DNA of 63,359 nucleotides, filler included, from Octopus bimaculoides (taxonomy: Eukaryota), in the NCBI RefSeq assembly GCF_001194135.2. It is 5 parts of 5 records of this genome, joined end to end, with 100 filler letters (N's around TTAATTAATTAA, not from the genome) between each part and the next. Parts side by side here need not be neighbours in the genome. Positions count along the whole stretch, not along the records: positions 16,543 to 29,947 come from NC_068995.1; positions 30,048 to 43,998 come from NC_068983.1; 3 more parts are not named here. The stretch is one strand, 5' to 3'. The position numbers were made by a program, and so were the translations under genes. The notes under the pieces are model-generated. The model was given only the letters and a program-made list of their open reading frames with translations, did not search any database and was not told the DNA's origin. Below, one piece after another: positions 26,823 through 40,410 of this stretch. Positions within the stretch are counted from its first letter, which is position 1. Every line of letters starts with the position of its first letter.

Positions 26823-29800
26823 CATTGAAGATAGTCCTGCCTTAAATGAAATCGAACAAAGAAATTTACAACCCATCCTTGATATCTGTAAACTGAATAG
26901 CAAAATAAGTCCAGCATCACCACATACACCTCCATCCCCATATTACTACCATTCCTTCCTCTCTTTCCATCACCTTCCCCTCCTCCCCACCAAATACACA
27001 CATAAATAACCACATAACTCAATCAACCTTCGCATTGGTCAAAAGGGATAAACATCGATTAATCTTATATCGTCTGAAGAAATGGATCCATGGAGATGAT
27101 CAACATGATGCCCACGGATACTACGGACTACACTGTAATCATCCCAGTAATAAGGGCTGTGATCTTAAGAGACATGTGATTAAATGTTTATAAATGCCAT
27201 CCAAGGATTATTGTTATTATTACTATATATATATATATATATNNNNNNNNNNNNNNNNNNNNNNNNNNNNNNNNNNNNNNNNNNNNNNNNNNNNNNNNNN
27301 NNNNNNNNNNNNNNNNNNNNNNNNNNNNNNNNNNNNNNNNNNNNNNNNNNNNNNNNNNNNNNNNNNNNNNNNNNNNNNNNNNNNNNNNNNNNNNNNNNNN
27401 NNNNNNNNNNNNNNNNNNNNNNNNNNNNNNNNNNNNNNNNNNNNNNNNNNNNNNNNNNNNNNNNNNNNNNNNNNNNNNNNNNNNNNNNNATAAGTAAAGG
27501 CTATTTACCAACATAAGGTTACTGTCCCGAAAGGGACGCTGTTACTGTTGTTTTGGCCCCAAGAAACATAGTTTCTAACTGGCTATACGACACACTATCT
27601 GTGTCCTTATGTCTTCGAACAGGGAGCTCGGTACTCCCATCTAACACAAAACATATGTGGACTAGTTTTTGGATTATTGCTCTTCATCAACAGAGAGTAG
27701 CTGCTTTGGCCATTAAAAGTTGAACATTAACATGGAACATAAAAAATAATGACAACAAAACATGAGGACGTACATATGAAATGTATTAGCTTGATACTCA
27801 GTGCAGGTGGAAAAAAGAGTGGGTTTCTGATGTTTTGAGCGTAGCTATTCGTCAGAAAGAGAAGGAAAAGTCCAGAGAAGGGAAAAGTCCACAAACAGCA
27901 TGCGCGTGGTTATATGGTTGAAGAGCTACGCTCAAAACATCAAAAACCTAATCTCTTTTTCCTGCCTTTACTGAGTGTCAAGCTAATACATTTCAAATGT
28001 CCTCTTATCGTTGTTGTTATGTTCCATTGTTATTGTTCAACTTTTAATGTTCGATGTAACTATTACCGCACATTTCACAAGCATCCTCTACATCCTTCCG
28101 ACTGATTTGGAGTAACTGATTCTTGGATTTCCTTTCTATAACTTTGGATTAAGCTAGCTTTGAATTTCTTTGGGTTACGTCGTTTTTGCACTTATATATA
28201 NNNNNNNNNNNNNNNNNNNNNNNNNNNNNNNNNNNNNNNNNNNNNNNNNNNNNNNNNNNNNNNNNNNNNNNNNNNNNNNNNNNNNNNNNNNNNNNNNNNN
28301 NNNNNNNNNNNNNNNNNNNNNNNNNNNNNNNNNNNNNNNNNNNNNNNNNNNNNNNNNNNNNNNNNNNNNNNNNNNNNNNNNNNNNNNNNNNNNNNNNNNN
28401 NNNNNNNNNNNNNNNNNNNNNNNNNNNNNNNNNNNNNNNNNNNNNNNNNNNNNNNNNNNNNNNNNNNNNNNNNNNNNNNNNNNNNNNNNNNNNNNNNNNN
28501 NNNNNNNNNNNNNNNNNNNNNNNNNNNNNNNNNNNNNNNNNNNNNNNNNNNNNNNNNNNNNNNNNNNNNNNNNNNNNNNNNNNNNNNNNNNNNNNNNNNN
28601 NNNNNNNNNNNTGTGTGTGTGCGTGTGTGTGTGTGAGAGTGTCTCGGTGTAGATGGTTGGAACTGTTTAAATATAAATTTAGCTTTACAGCATTGCAGAT
28701 TAAAATACTTCATTAAGGGATTAAAGCGAGAAAAAGTTAAAATTGCCAGCACTGGCTGAACATCGATGTATGAGGCTGAAAAGAATTTTGACTAAAATTC
28801 TTGGGACCGTATTTGAGTTCTACTTGAAACTTTTAAAACGTAAATATTAAAAAAATGTTAGGCATACGAGGAAGTCAATAAATACGCTGATTGAAATCGA
28901 AGAGGAAAATATTAATGACATATAATCTGGATGTTTAAAAAAAATTTTATCAGTTGAGATAGGATAAATTACTGAAAATAAAGGAAGTATTACCTTTGTA
29001 AGGAAGTCTTTGATATTCAAAATTAAAATATTTTATTAATTATGTATTTTAATATCTTTTTACTATAGTAACTTCAATAGCAACTTCCGAAAATATTATG
29101 TAAATTAGGAAAAATATAGAAATTTAAATAGGACAATCGTAGAAAATTAGAAACATAGAGCTGAAATATTATAAAATGAAGATTTTAGTAATTGATTACA
29201 TTACAGAAATTGCTTTGATGTGGCAATTATACTCCTTATACAAAAATCTTCAATTGGATGTTTTAACATTTTGTTGTTGCTGGAAAAAATATATTAATTA
29301 ATAACGTAAAGGTCAAGGGAGTGAGTATTCTATATAATTTCAATCAATCGATAAATGTTCTTTTTTCGACAATAAAAACATCCATTTTCTCTGAACAGTT
29401 ATGCATTATTTAAAAGGTAAAAGAATCTCCTATGATTTTTACACGCTAATTACAATATTAATTCAGTTATTTGAGTTATCTTCATTCTTTACTTTAGGTT
29501 TTTCCTTTTCCAATTATTTTTTATGTTTGACTATTCCTTAGGTTGACTAATAGTAATTCTTGTTTACACAAAGACCAATAAAATATATCTTACATAGTAA
29601 AAAGGGTTTGTCTTCGTGCATGATCAAATCGTCTAATGAAAATCAAATTGTTGAAAACGCTTTTATCATTTCATTTATGAATATATTAGTAAATCCGAGT
29701 ATAAAGGTATAATAATTAAGATGTTATGGATTTCCTATTGAAGTGCAGGAGTAACTGCCTTTCATGGTATATCGCTCGAATGCCTTATTACAAAGTATTA

Positions 29801-30088
29801 TTGATAGATACAACCCTACGTGGTATATAAAGATCATACATTAAACTGTTTCAGTACCATAATGAACGCTAGTTGGATGGCAAGGAAATATTGAAAAAAA
29901 ATTAAACGTTATATACATGTATACAAACACACACACACACACACACANNNNNNNNNNNNNNNNNNNNNNNNNNNNNNNNNNNNNNNNNNNNTTAATTAAT
30001 TAANNNNNNNNNNNNNNNNNNNNNNNNNNNNNNNNNNNNNNNNNNNNCTATAGGAATACAACACCAACACTGGTTGTCAAGCGGTTGT

Positions 30089-30165
<77 letters not shown>

Positions 30166-31694
30166 GCAGCAGGCTTCCTTCAGTTTCCGTCTACCAAGTC
30201 CACTTACAAGGCTTTGGTCGAACCAAGGCAGGAGACGCTTACCCAAGGTGTCACGCAATGGGACTGAACCCAGAACCATGTTAATGGGAACCAAACTTCT
30301 TACAACACCATCTTCGCTTGCACCTGTTACCAAACAATTTATTTTCTTGTCAATTTAGATGGAAAGGATTCAAACATTGGTAGGGACAGGGAACGAATTT
30401 ATTTGGCAACTCAATATATATTTGTGTTTTGTCTCTGCTTGGTTGCTGAAATCATTGTTTAACGAGATTTCTCCCTACTCGATGCTAATGTGGCCGTGAC
30501 TGAGTTAAACTTAATTCACACGCGACATTAACAGATTATATCAACGTTTTACTTCACGGAAAAATCTCAACCCCATTAAAAAATTGAATTATTTCACCGC
30601 GTTTTATGAAAAATATCGGTACTTTTGGTTATCTCTCCCACCTAAAAAAAATTGTTTAACCCTCGATAAAACACAAAAAAAAAATGAAAATATTTATCTG
30701 TGTGGTAAGTAGCTTGCTTACCAATCACATGGTTCCGGGTTCACTCTCACTGCGTGGCACCTTGGGCAAGTGTCTTCTACTATAGCCTCAAGCCAACCAA
30801 AGCCTTGTGAGTGGATTTGGTAGACGGAAACTGAAAGAAGCCCGTCGTATATATANNNNNNNNNNNNNNNNNNNNNNNNNNNNNNNNNNNNNNNNNNNNN
30901 NNNNNNNNNNNNNNNNNNNNNNNNNNNNNNNNNNNNNNNNNNNNNNNNNNNNNNNNNNNNNNNNNNNNNNNNNNNNNTATATATATATATGTATATGTAT
31001 ATATATATATGTGTGTGTGTGTATATGTTTGTGTGTCTGTGTTTGTCCCCCCAACATCGTTAGATAACCGATGCTGGTGTGTTTACGTCCCCGTAACTTG
31101 GGGGTTCGGAAAAAGAGACCGATAGAATAAGTACTAGGCTTACAAAGAATAAGTCCTGGGGTCGATTTGTTCGACTAAAGGCGGTGCTCCAGCATGGCCA
31201 CAGTCAAATGACTGAAACAAGTAAAAGAGTAAAAGAATAAATATGAAAGCTGAAAAATTTAATAAACAGGGAAACTGAGAAAATTAATCAAATTATTGAA
31301 TCTAATAACATTTTTATACCAAATCACACCATCGCTATTGAGGAGGCCAAATGTTAACAATGCGTTGAAGTATTGAATCAAAAGGATTTAACACTTAATC
31401 CAATCTCTTGTCGCCACAAACGCAATTTTTTAGAGGGGAGGTAATCCAATTTTTTAATGGTAATGTTTTAATGGGGATGAGATAACCAAAAAGTACCAAA
31501 TTTCCTTGCTCATTGTATACCTTAGTCTATGCAACATACCCGGCACCAGCAATTGCCATCATCAGATAAGAACAAAAATAAATAAAAGAAAGTCTGAACA
31601 AGAAATCATTGATTCGAAAACGCAAACGAGTTAGATTATAACACCTAGCAACAAGGCTCTCTACACGTCACTCACCATGTTTAGGTTAAAATCC

Positions 31695-31754
<60 letters not shown>

Positions 31755-31922
31755 CTAGAAATATCACGAACATTAAACCTCCTCCTACCTCCTTGTACTA
31801 TATTAGTTTTCACTATTGTTTTTTTACTTTCTATTTCATTTTATCTAGTTCTGTTTCATTTTAATTCATTTTATTTCACTTTCCTCCTTCATCTTCTTAA
31901 ACTCTCCTACAGACGCCGTTAT

Positions 31923-32903
31923 AGGGCTTTCCTATAAGTAGGTTATCTCCCTTGGCTAGGCGACGCTCCATGTAGCTAATTAAACTTCCGCAGACTACCC
32001 ACGCCATTGTTATTGTTTTACGTCTTATCATGGATATAAAGCAGCTTGATGATTCAGCTACCGAAGTACTTACTGTGCCTGAGTTAAAGAAATATTTAAG
32101 ATTATATGGACAGTATGTTACTGGAAGAAAGGCGGACTTGACTGAAAGGTTGAAAGGAATAAAAATTCTGTCGATGAAGAATGTCAACAAAGTAGATTCA
32201 TCGGATGATAAGTCTGAAGTATCCGACGATACTTCAGACAGGAATAAGCAGAAGCTTATATCTCCTCTCGGTGAAGCATTGCCTGATCTAAAGATCTTTG
32301 GAAGTTGCCGAATTTCACAGATAATGACATAATTATCTCGTGCTACGGATGAAATCAAAGCAACAGTTAAGGAGTGGCATATTTTACCACGACAGATACG
32401 TACACAGCATCGAATACCACGATGTGAGCGAAAGCTGCTCTCACTGTATTGTCTGGTGTCTGGTAATCCCTTCAATACCGACATCAAACCAAAAAAAGAA
32501 TCCTGACCACAGAGTGTGGGTAATTATGTCAAAGGTCACTGGCAATGTGCATTCAGCTGATNNNNNNNNNNATAATGACATAATTATCTCGTGCTACGGA
32601 TGAAATCAAAGCAACAGTTAAGGAGTGGCATATTTTACCACGACAGATACGTACACAGCATCGAATACCACGATGTGAGCGAAAGCTGCTCTCACTGTAT
32701 TGTCTGGTGTCTGGTAATCCCTTCAATACCGACATCAAACCAAAAAAAGAATCCTGACCACAGAGTGTGGGTAATTATGTCAAAGGTCACTGGCAATGTG
32801 CATTCAGCTGATTGCAACTGTTAAAGCAAGTCACTGAGCATGCGTACATGTCATACGGGAGAGTTCCAATCAGGGGTGGATAACAACCTTATAGGAACCC
32901 CCT
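31923..32903 (+). mobile_element. TIR-bounded non-autonomous DNA transposon carrying decayed SAP + SWIM coding sequence (ISL2EU/PIF-Harbinger-related)
   Basis: Imperfect ~30-bp TIRs: AGGGCTTTCCTATAAGTAGGTTATCTCCC (31923-) versus the reverse complement AGGGGGTTCCTATAAGGTTGTTATCCACCC (-32903). AT flanks both ends (31921-2, 32904-5). SAP domain LTVPELKKYLRLYGQYVTGRKADLTERLK, then LPNFTDNDIxNYLV, then CIVWCLVIPS..VWVIMSKVTGNVHSADCNC (start of a SWIM finger), then a stop. Confidence 0.75.
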
Positions 32904-33513
32904 ATACTTGTTATCTTACTCGGTAAACTCATTCCATTTTCTCCATGGGGTTACAGACACGTAAATGAATGATATGCTTTATTTGTGATGTGTAATACGA
33001 CCGAAATATGTTCACATTATAGCAGAGATAACACATAAATGATTACATCCAATCAAACTCACCAAAGTATTTCAAGCTACATGAATGACATTTTTTTTAT
33101 CACAAGGAAACTGCGTGTAACGTTAGATAACACAGTCCTGACAGCGAATCTAATCTTCTATTATATTGGATTTTTACATTAATTCGTACATCTTTCTTCT
33201 CCCTCCATTTACTTTAATCCTTTCCAATGTTATTTGAAATAACTCAAAAATAATTTTATCATAGTGTTTTACGTTATATAATATTATTAAATCAAAGGTG
33301 GACCAACCACAAGGTTCCAGGTTCAGTGCCACTGCGTGGCACCTTGGGCAAGTGTCCTCTGCTATAGCCTCGGACCGACCAAAGTTCTGTGAGTGGATTT
33401 GGTAGACGGAAACTGAAAGAAGCCCGTCGTATATATATATATATATATATTATAGTTTCAGCTCAGAGTTGCGGCCATGCTGATGCACCACCATTTTGCT
33501 ACACTATTATTAC

Positions 33514-33688
33514 TCAGAGCCTCCTCCAATATGTGGCACTTGATGAAGAATGGAGTTTGATGTAGCTACTCTCATTTGCACCTCTTGCCGTGAGGTAGGG
33601 TCATCTGGGACTCTCGACAGGAAGAGGTCCAGCTTTGATTTAAAAACCCCTACATCTACTTTGTGCAGGTTCCTCGAGCTCTTTGGGA

Positions 33689-33690
<2 letters not shown>
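33514..33690 (-). mobile_element. CR1/L2-group LINE 3' fragment
   Basis: LPKSSRNLHKVDVGVFKSKLDLFLSRVPDDPTSRQEVQMRVATSNSILHQ matches the LP...FKxxLDxFL..xPDxP....SNS terminal motif. Confidence 0.7.
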
Positions 33691-33719
<29 letters not shown>

Positions 33720-33987
33720 NNNNNNNNNNNNNNNNNNNNNNNNNNNNNNNNNNNNNNNNNNNNNNNNNNNNNNNNNNNNNNNNNNNNNNNNNNNNNNNNN
33801 NNNNNNNNNNNNNNNNNNNNNNNNNNNNNNNNNNNNNNNNNNNNNNNNNNNNNNNNNNNNNNNNNNNNNNNNNNNNNNNNNNNNNNNNNNNNNNNNNNNN
33901 NNNNNNNNNNNNNNNNNNNNNNNNNNNNNNNNNNNNNNNNNNNNNNNNNNNNNNNNNNNNNNNNNNNNNNNNNNNNNNNNNNNNNNN

Positions 33988-34050
<63 letters not shown>

Positions 34051-35604
34051 TGTATGTGTGTGTGTGTGTCCCAACACCGCTTGACGTCGATGCTGTTGTG
34101 TTTACGTCCCCGTAAGTTAGCGGTTCGGCAAAAGAGACCGATAACGTAAGTACTAGGCATCCAAAGAATAAGTCCTGTTGATTTACTCGACTAAAGGCGG
34201 TGCTCCAGCATGACCGTAGTCAAAATGACTAAAACGAATAAAAGAAAAAAAGAAAATATATATATATCTATAGATATAGATATATACACACACATACATA
34301 TATATGTATATGTATATGTATATATACCAGATACTTAAAACAAGAGAGAGATAGAGAAGGCGGAATAGAGAGGGAAGTGAGACACAGAGAGTCAGACAGA
34401 CTGAGGAAGAGAAGGGGAATGATAGTGTTATGTAAGAGTTTTACAAATAAGTCACGTGAACAATATTACCGTCGTTTGTGACAGGTAACTTGTCAGATAT
34501 GGAAGTTATGTAAAACGTAGCTTTCAAACAATCCATAACCGTGTCTATACATCAACAATGGCTTAACAAGATTTCTATTAATAACAAATTCAGCAATAAG
34601 GACACACACACTCATATGCACGAGTGTATGCATGTGGTGTGTGTGCGTGTCCGCGCTTCCGAGTGTTTACGGGCATATATGCACATCGGCATCTCGTCTG
34701 ACCTAATTCAAGCGACGTTACTCATGTAGCGTAAAAATTGACCTCGACAGAAAAATCTAGATAAAAACTTCACGAATGAAAACTAATATACATGCGTGTG
34801 AGTGGGGTGACGTGTTGTCATTATTGATATATANNNNNNNNNNNNNNNNNNNNNNNNNNNNNNNNNNNNNNNNNNNNNNNNNNNNNNNNNNNNNNNNNNN
34901 NNNNNNNNNNNNNNNNNNNNNNNNNNNNNNNNNNNNNNNNNNNNNNNNNNNNNNNNNNNNNNNNNNNNNNNNNNNNNNNNNNNNNNNNNNNNNNNNNNNN
35001 NNNNNNNNNNNNNNNNNNNNNNNNNNNNNNNNNNNNNNNNNNNNNNNNNNNNNNNNNNNNNNNNNNNNNNNNNNNNNNNNNNNNNNNNNNNNNNNNNNNN
35101 NNNNNNNNNNNNNNNNNNNNNNNNNNNNNNNNNNNNNNNNNNNNNNNNNNNNNNNNNNNNNNNNNNNNNNNNNNNNNNNNNNNNNNNNNNNNNNNNNNNN
35201 NNNNNNNNNNNNNNNNNNNNNNNNNNNNNNNNNNNNNNNNNNNNNNNNNNNNNNNNNNNNNNNNNNNNNNNNNNNNNNNNNNNNNNNNNNNNNNNNNNNN
35301 NNNNNNNNNNNNNNNNNNNNNNNNNNNNNNNNNNNNNNNNNNNNNNNNNNNNNNNNNNNNNNNNNNNNNNNNNNNNNNNNNNNNNNNNNNNNNNNNNNNN
35401 NNNNNNNNNNNNNNNNNNNNNNNNNNNNNNNNNNNNNNNNNNNNNNNNNNNNNNNNNNNNNNNNNNNNNNNNNNNNNNNNNNNNTATATACATATTTATA
35501 TATACATATATATACGTATATATACATATACATATATATATGCATATATATATATGCATATATATATATATGCATATATATATATATGCATATATATATA
35601 AGTA

Positions 35605-35642
<38 letters not shown>

Positions 35643-35792
35643 CATATGAGTGTGTATGCATATACAGATTGGTGCAAAAGTCGGTATACAGTTATGAAAA
35701 AAGACAATACGTATAATGCAAATTTATTTTTATCCAAAAAATTAAAAGTTACGATAAAAGTGTTATTATAGTTATGATAAGAGTACTATTAT

Positions 35793-36182
35793 AGGCGTAG
35801 GAGTGGCTGTGTGGTAAGTAGCTTGCTCACCAACCACATAGTTCCGGGTTCAGTCTCACTGCGTGGCACCTTGGGCAAGTGTCTTCTACTATAGCGTCGG
35901 GCCGACCAAAGCCTTGTGAGTGGATTTGGTAGACGGAAACCGAAAGAAGCTCGTCGTATATATGTATATGCGTGTGTGTGTCTGTGTTTGTCCCCCAACA
36001 TCGCTTGACAACCGATGCTGGTTGCGTTTACGTCCCTGTAACTTAGCGGTTCGGCACAAGAGGCCGATAGAATAAGTACTAGGCTTACAAGGAATAAGTC
36101 CTGGGGTCGATTAGCTCGACTAAAAGCGGTACTCCAGCATGGACACAGTCAAATGACTGAAACAAGTAAAAGAGAAAAGAGT
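35793..36182 (+). mobile_element. tRNA-derived SINE family A, full-length representative
   Basis: Head TGGCTGTGTGGT..GGGTTCAGTC, central CCTTGGGCAAGTG block, internal (TG)n, and 3' tail ..gactgaaacaagtaaaagag. Other copies (approximate): 4785-5070(-), 13990-14125(+, 5' part), 24075-24505(+), 30050-30330(-), 30695-31240(+), 33300-33430 plus 34065-34250(+), 37950-38110(-), 39465-39895(+), 43560-43998(-), 47120-47505(-), 53565-53680(-), 56998-57335(+), 58690-58830(-). Confidence 0.9.
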
Positions 36183-36401
36183 ATTATGGTTAATGACAGA
36201 AAATATCGAAAATGAGGCTAACTAATTATTTTAATGAATTAAGTATTAATATTGATGTGTACTTACTGTATACCTAAGTTTTGCAACACCTCTGTATATG
36301 TGTATATATCTATATGTGTGCGAGTGTGTGTTTGTGTGTGTGTCATATATACACACACACATACGCATACGTATATATATATACATTCATATATGTATAT
36401 A

Positions 36402-36436
<35 letters not shown>

Positions 36437-37784
36437 TCATATGTATATACATATATACATTCATATATGTATACACATTCATATATATATATATATATAT
36501 ATATNNNNNNNNNNNNNNNNNNNNNNNNNNNNNNNNNNNNNNNNNNNNNNNNNNNNNNNNNNNNNNNNNNNNNNNNNNNNNNNNNNNNNNNNNNNNNNNN
36601 NNNNNNNNNNNNNNNNNNNNNNNNNNNNNNNNNNNNNNNNNNNNNNNNNNNNNNNNNNNNNNNNNNNNNNNNNNNNNNNNNNNNNNNNNNNNNNNNNNNN
36701 NNNNNNNNNNNNNNNNNNNNNNNNNNNNNNNNNNNNNNNNNNNNNNNNNNNNNNNNNNNNNNNNNNNNNNNNNNNNNNNNNNNNNNNNNNNNNNNNNNNN
36801 NNNNNNNNNNNNNNNNNNNNNNNNNNNNNNNNNNTACATACATTTATGTATACATACATACATTTATATATACATACATACATATATACATAGCTACATA
36901 CATATACATAGACATAGACATACATGCACACACGCACATATATACATATAGTACATACATATACACACATTCATACATACATACATACTTACATACAAAC
37001 ATACATACATACACACATACATGCATACATACATACATACATACATACATACATACATACATACGTATACACACAGAAGAACATAAGAACAAAAATAGAA
37101 AACAAGAAATCCAATTTGCCAAAACAATTAGGTCAATCGATGCCGAACAGGTGCGGAACCTTGGAAGCCGAACAAACCACTTCTGGTGATCTGTAATTAA
37201 CGGTCATTACCACCAAATCCTGCATACCTTATTCATCCACCCACACCAGCGCCACCACAACCACCATCACCACCATCTCTCGTACTTTGGCCTATACACT
37301 CTCTTTCACATACACACACAGACGCACACATACGTGTACACACATACACATACACACATATTCACGCGCCTATACAGATACTAATTGGTGTAATCTGTAC
37401 TCTTCGATAAGATGCACTTTCTAGCATCGACTGGAGACGACACCTCAAGTCATAAACCAAAAAACGAACCTGTATGTGGTCATTTGCTATGCTAGAAATA
37501 GCGCACAAATCCTCTTGTGACCCCTGCGCAAAGCTGAGACGCAAATTCGTGAAGCTTTCTGATTTTTTTCTTCTAGGAAAAATGCTCCAGCATTGCCGAA
37601 ATCAAATTATTGAAGCAAGTAAAAGATGTAAGAAAGTGACTTAAAATCGATGAGACACAATATAATCCGTGATACATTAAAAATAAATAAATATACAAAA
37701 CGGGGTAGTCATGGCTGGAAATCCCTTTTGCCCTAAGTTTGTTCGTTTACCATTGCTGTGGAGTAAAACAACAAATAAGAACAG

Positions 37785-37910
37785 CCACTAGAGTACAGCA
37801 ATCAGAGTACAACAATCAGAGTACAGCAACAAGAGTGCCGCCACTAGTGTAAAGCTATTAGGATTAGCAACTAGAGTACATCTATAAGAGTACACCAATT
37901 AGAGTACCTA
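37785..37910 (+). repeat. ~14-bp minisatellite (AGAGTACAGCAATC-like)
   Basis: Degenerate units agagtacagcaatc / agagtacaacaatc / agagtacagcaaca / agagtacatctata / agagtacaccaatt. Confidence 0.8.
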
Positions 37911-38135
37911 GAGTTTAGCTCCACGTTCCTTTTTTCAAATGCAGTGGATCTTTTTATCTTTTAACTTTTACTTGTCGCGGTCATTGGACTCGAGCTGAAC
38001 ATCGACCTCCAGTCCCATCCCTCCACCAGTACTTATTCTATCACTGTCTACTGCCGAACCGCTAATTTACGGGGATCCCAATAGTGAACGCCTGTCATGC
38101 CATCTTTCTGGGACTACGAGAGACTACCATCATTA

Positions 38136-38202
<67 letters not shown>

Positions 38203-38508
38203 ATATATANNNNNNNNNNNNNNNNNNNNNNNNNNNNNNNNNNNNNNNNNNNNNNNNNNNNNNNNNNNNNNNNNNNNNNNNNNNNNNNNNNNNNNNNNNN
38301 NNNNNNNNNNNNNNNNNNNNNNNNNNNNNNNNNNNNNNNNNNNNNNNNNNNNNNNNNNNNNNNNNNNNNNNNNNNNNNNNNNNNNNNNNNNNNNNNNNNN
38401 NNNNNNNNNNNNNNNNNNNNNNNNNNNNNNNNNNNNNNNNNNNNNNNNNNNNNNNNNNNNNNNNNNNNNNNNNNNNNNNNNNNNNNNNNNNNNNNNNNNN
38501 NNNNNNNN

Positions 38509-38545
<37 letters not shown>

Positions 38546-39631
38546 AATATATCTGGGTGTGTGAGTGAGTGTGTGTGTGTATGTGTGTATGTGTGTGTAA
38601 AACAGAATTATTTATAGCTACATACATGCACACACACACGTACACATGCCGTGCAAAACCCGTCGTCTTATCGAACGAACACAATCATGTACAACAATGT
38701 TTCCATTGTTATTTGTGACGGATCCGTTTAACCACATTCACAAATATTATATTATATATTATACATGCTATTTGCAGCCATATTCAGAAGTCTAAAAATG
38801 GGATGGTCTATAACAGTCTGGCGAACTAAATACGAGTCACTAAGTATCTGTTGCGGCTTAATAAATACTGCGTCACAACCACATTATGTAACACGCACAA
38901 GACGGCCCAGCTGGCAGAATCGCTAGCACGCTGGACGAAATGCATGTGGTATTTCGCCCGTCGCTACGTTCTGAGTTCAAATTCCGCCGAGGTCGACTTT
39001 GCCTTTCATCCTTTTGGGATCAATAAATTAAGTACCAGTGAGACACTGGGATTGTTGTAATCGACTAGTACCCTCCCCAAAATTTCAGGCCTTGTGCCCA
39101 TAGAAGAAAGAATTATGTAACACGCACATACACACACACACATTCACACTCACAGTACACATACAACACACACAGTCACTTGCATTATATATATTGCTAT
39201 CTGTCTGTGTACCTGTTTTTATGTCTCTGTTAGGTTGGAAAAGAAAAGTCCTGTCGTACATCAAGATGGAGAAGAACAAACAGTTCTTCGGCTTTAACTG
39301 GTTTATTTAATCATGATAATCATTTTCACTTTAAGCACAAGGCCCGACATTTTGGTGGTGGTGGAGCGGGATGGGGGTTCAAACGATTACATCAACCCAG
39401 TGATCGATTTGTACTCATTTTTATGGCTTTAAAAAGGTGAAACAAAGTTGGAAGAAATATCGTGTGACTGTGGTAATAAGCTAGCTTACTAACCACATGG
39501 TTCCGGGTTCAGTACCACTGCGTGGCACGTTGAGGAAGTGCTTTCTACTATAGCTTCCGGCTGACTAAAGTCTTGTGAGTGGATTTGGTAGACGGAAACT
39601 AAAAGAAGCCCATTGTATATGTGTGTGTGTT

Positions 39632-39684
<53 letters not shown>

Positions 39685-40159
39685 CTGTCTGTTTATCCCC
39701 CACCATTGGTTGACAATCGATGTTGGTGTGTTTACGTCCCTGTAACTTAGCTCTTCAGCAAAAGAGACCGACAGAATAAGTACTAAGCTTACAAAGAATA
39801 AGTCCTCGGGTCGATTTGTTTGACTAAAGGCGGTGCTCCAGCATGGCCGCAGTAAAATGACTGAAACAAGTAAAAGAGTAAAAGAGTAAAAAGTAAGCAT
39901 ATTTTGTCCGGCGTACAAACGATTTTACCAGCTCGCTGCCTTATATTTAATCAAAATAAATATCTCACTTCATTATTGGATATTAGATGCCATTTCTTTT
40001 TCTACTCTAGGCACAAGGCCCGAAATTTTGGAGGGAGGGGGCCAGTCGATTAAATCGACCCCAGCACGCAACTGGTACTTAATTTATCGACCCCGAAAGG
40101 ATGAAAGGCAAAGTCGACTTCGGCGGAATTTGAACTCAGACCGTAAAGACGGACGAAAT

Positions 40160-40410
40160 ACCTATTTCTTTATTGCCCACAAGGGGCTAAACATAGAGGG
40201 GACAAACATAGAGGGGACAAACAAGGACAGACAAAGGTATTAAGTCGATTACATCGACCCCAGTGCGTAACTGGTACTTAATTTATCGACCCCGAAAGGA
40301 TGAAAGGCAAAGTCGACCTCGGCGGAATTTGAACTCAGAACGTAAAGACGGACGAAATACCGCTAAGCATTTCGCCCGGCGTGCTAACGATTCTGCCAGC
40401 TCGCCGCCCT
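40160..40410 (-). mobile_element. tRNA-derived SINE family B, representative copy
   Basis: Head GGCGGCGAGCTGGCAGAATCG..GAGTTCAAATTCC and core GCCTTTCATCCTTTCGGGGTCGATAAATTAAGTACCAG..GGGGTCGATGTAATCGAC. Other copies (approximate): 11957-12190(-), 14610-14770(+), 25520-25630(-), 38905-39115(+), 39330-39450(-), 39998-40160(-), 40500-40700(+), 41748-41960(+), 42235-42440(+), 42715-42780(-), 42870-43100(-). Confidence 0.9.

Noticed and set aside
32321-32812. Exact 241-bp direct duplication (32321-32561 and 32572-32812) suggesting a duplicated SWIM exon
   Set aside because: The copies are identical and separated by exactly 10 N; this is most likely an unmerged contig overlap.
35664-35770. Mariner/Tc1-like TIR start CAGATTGGTGCAAAAGT
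   Set aside because: No partner TIR or coding sequence found; the SINE insertion and gaps obscure the context.
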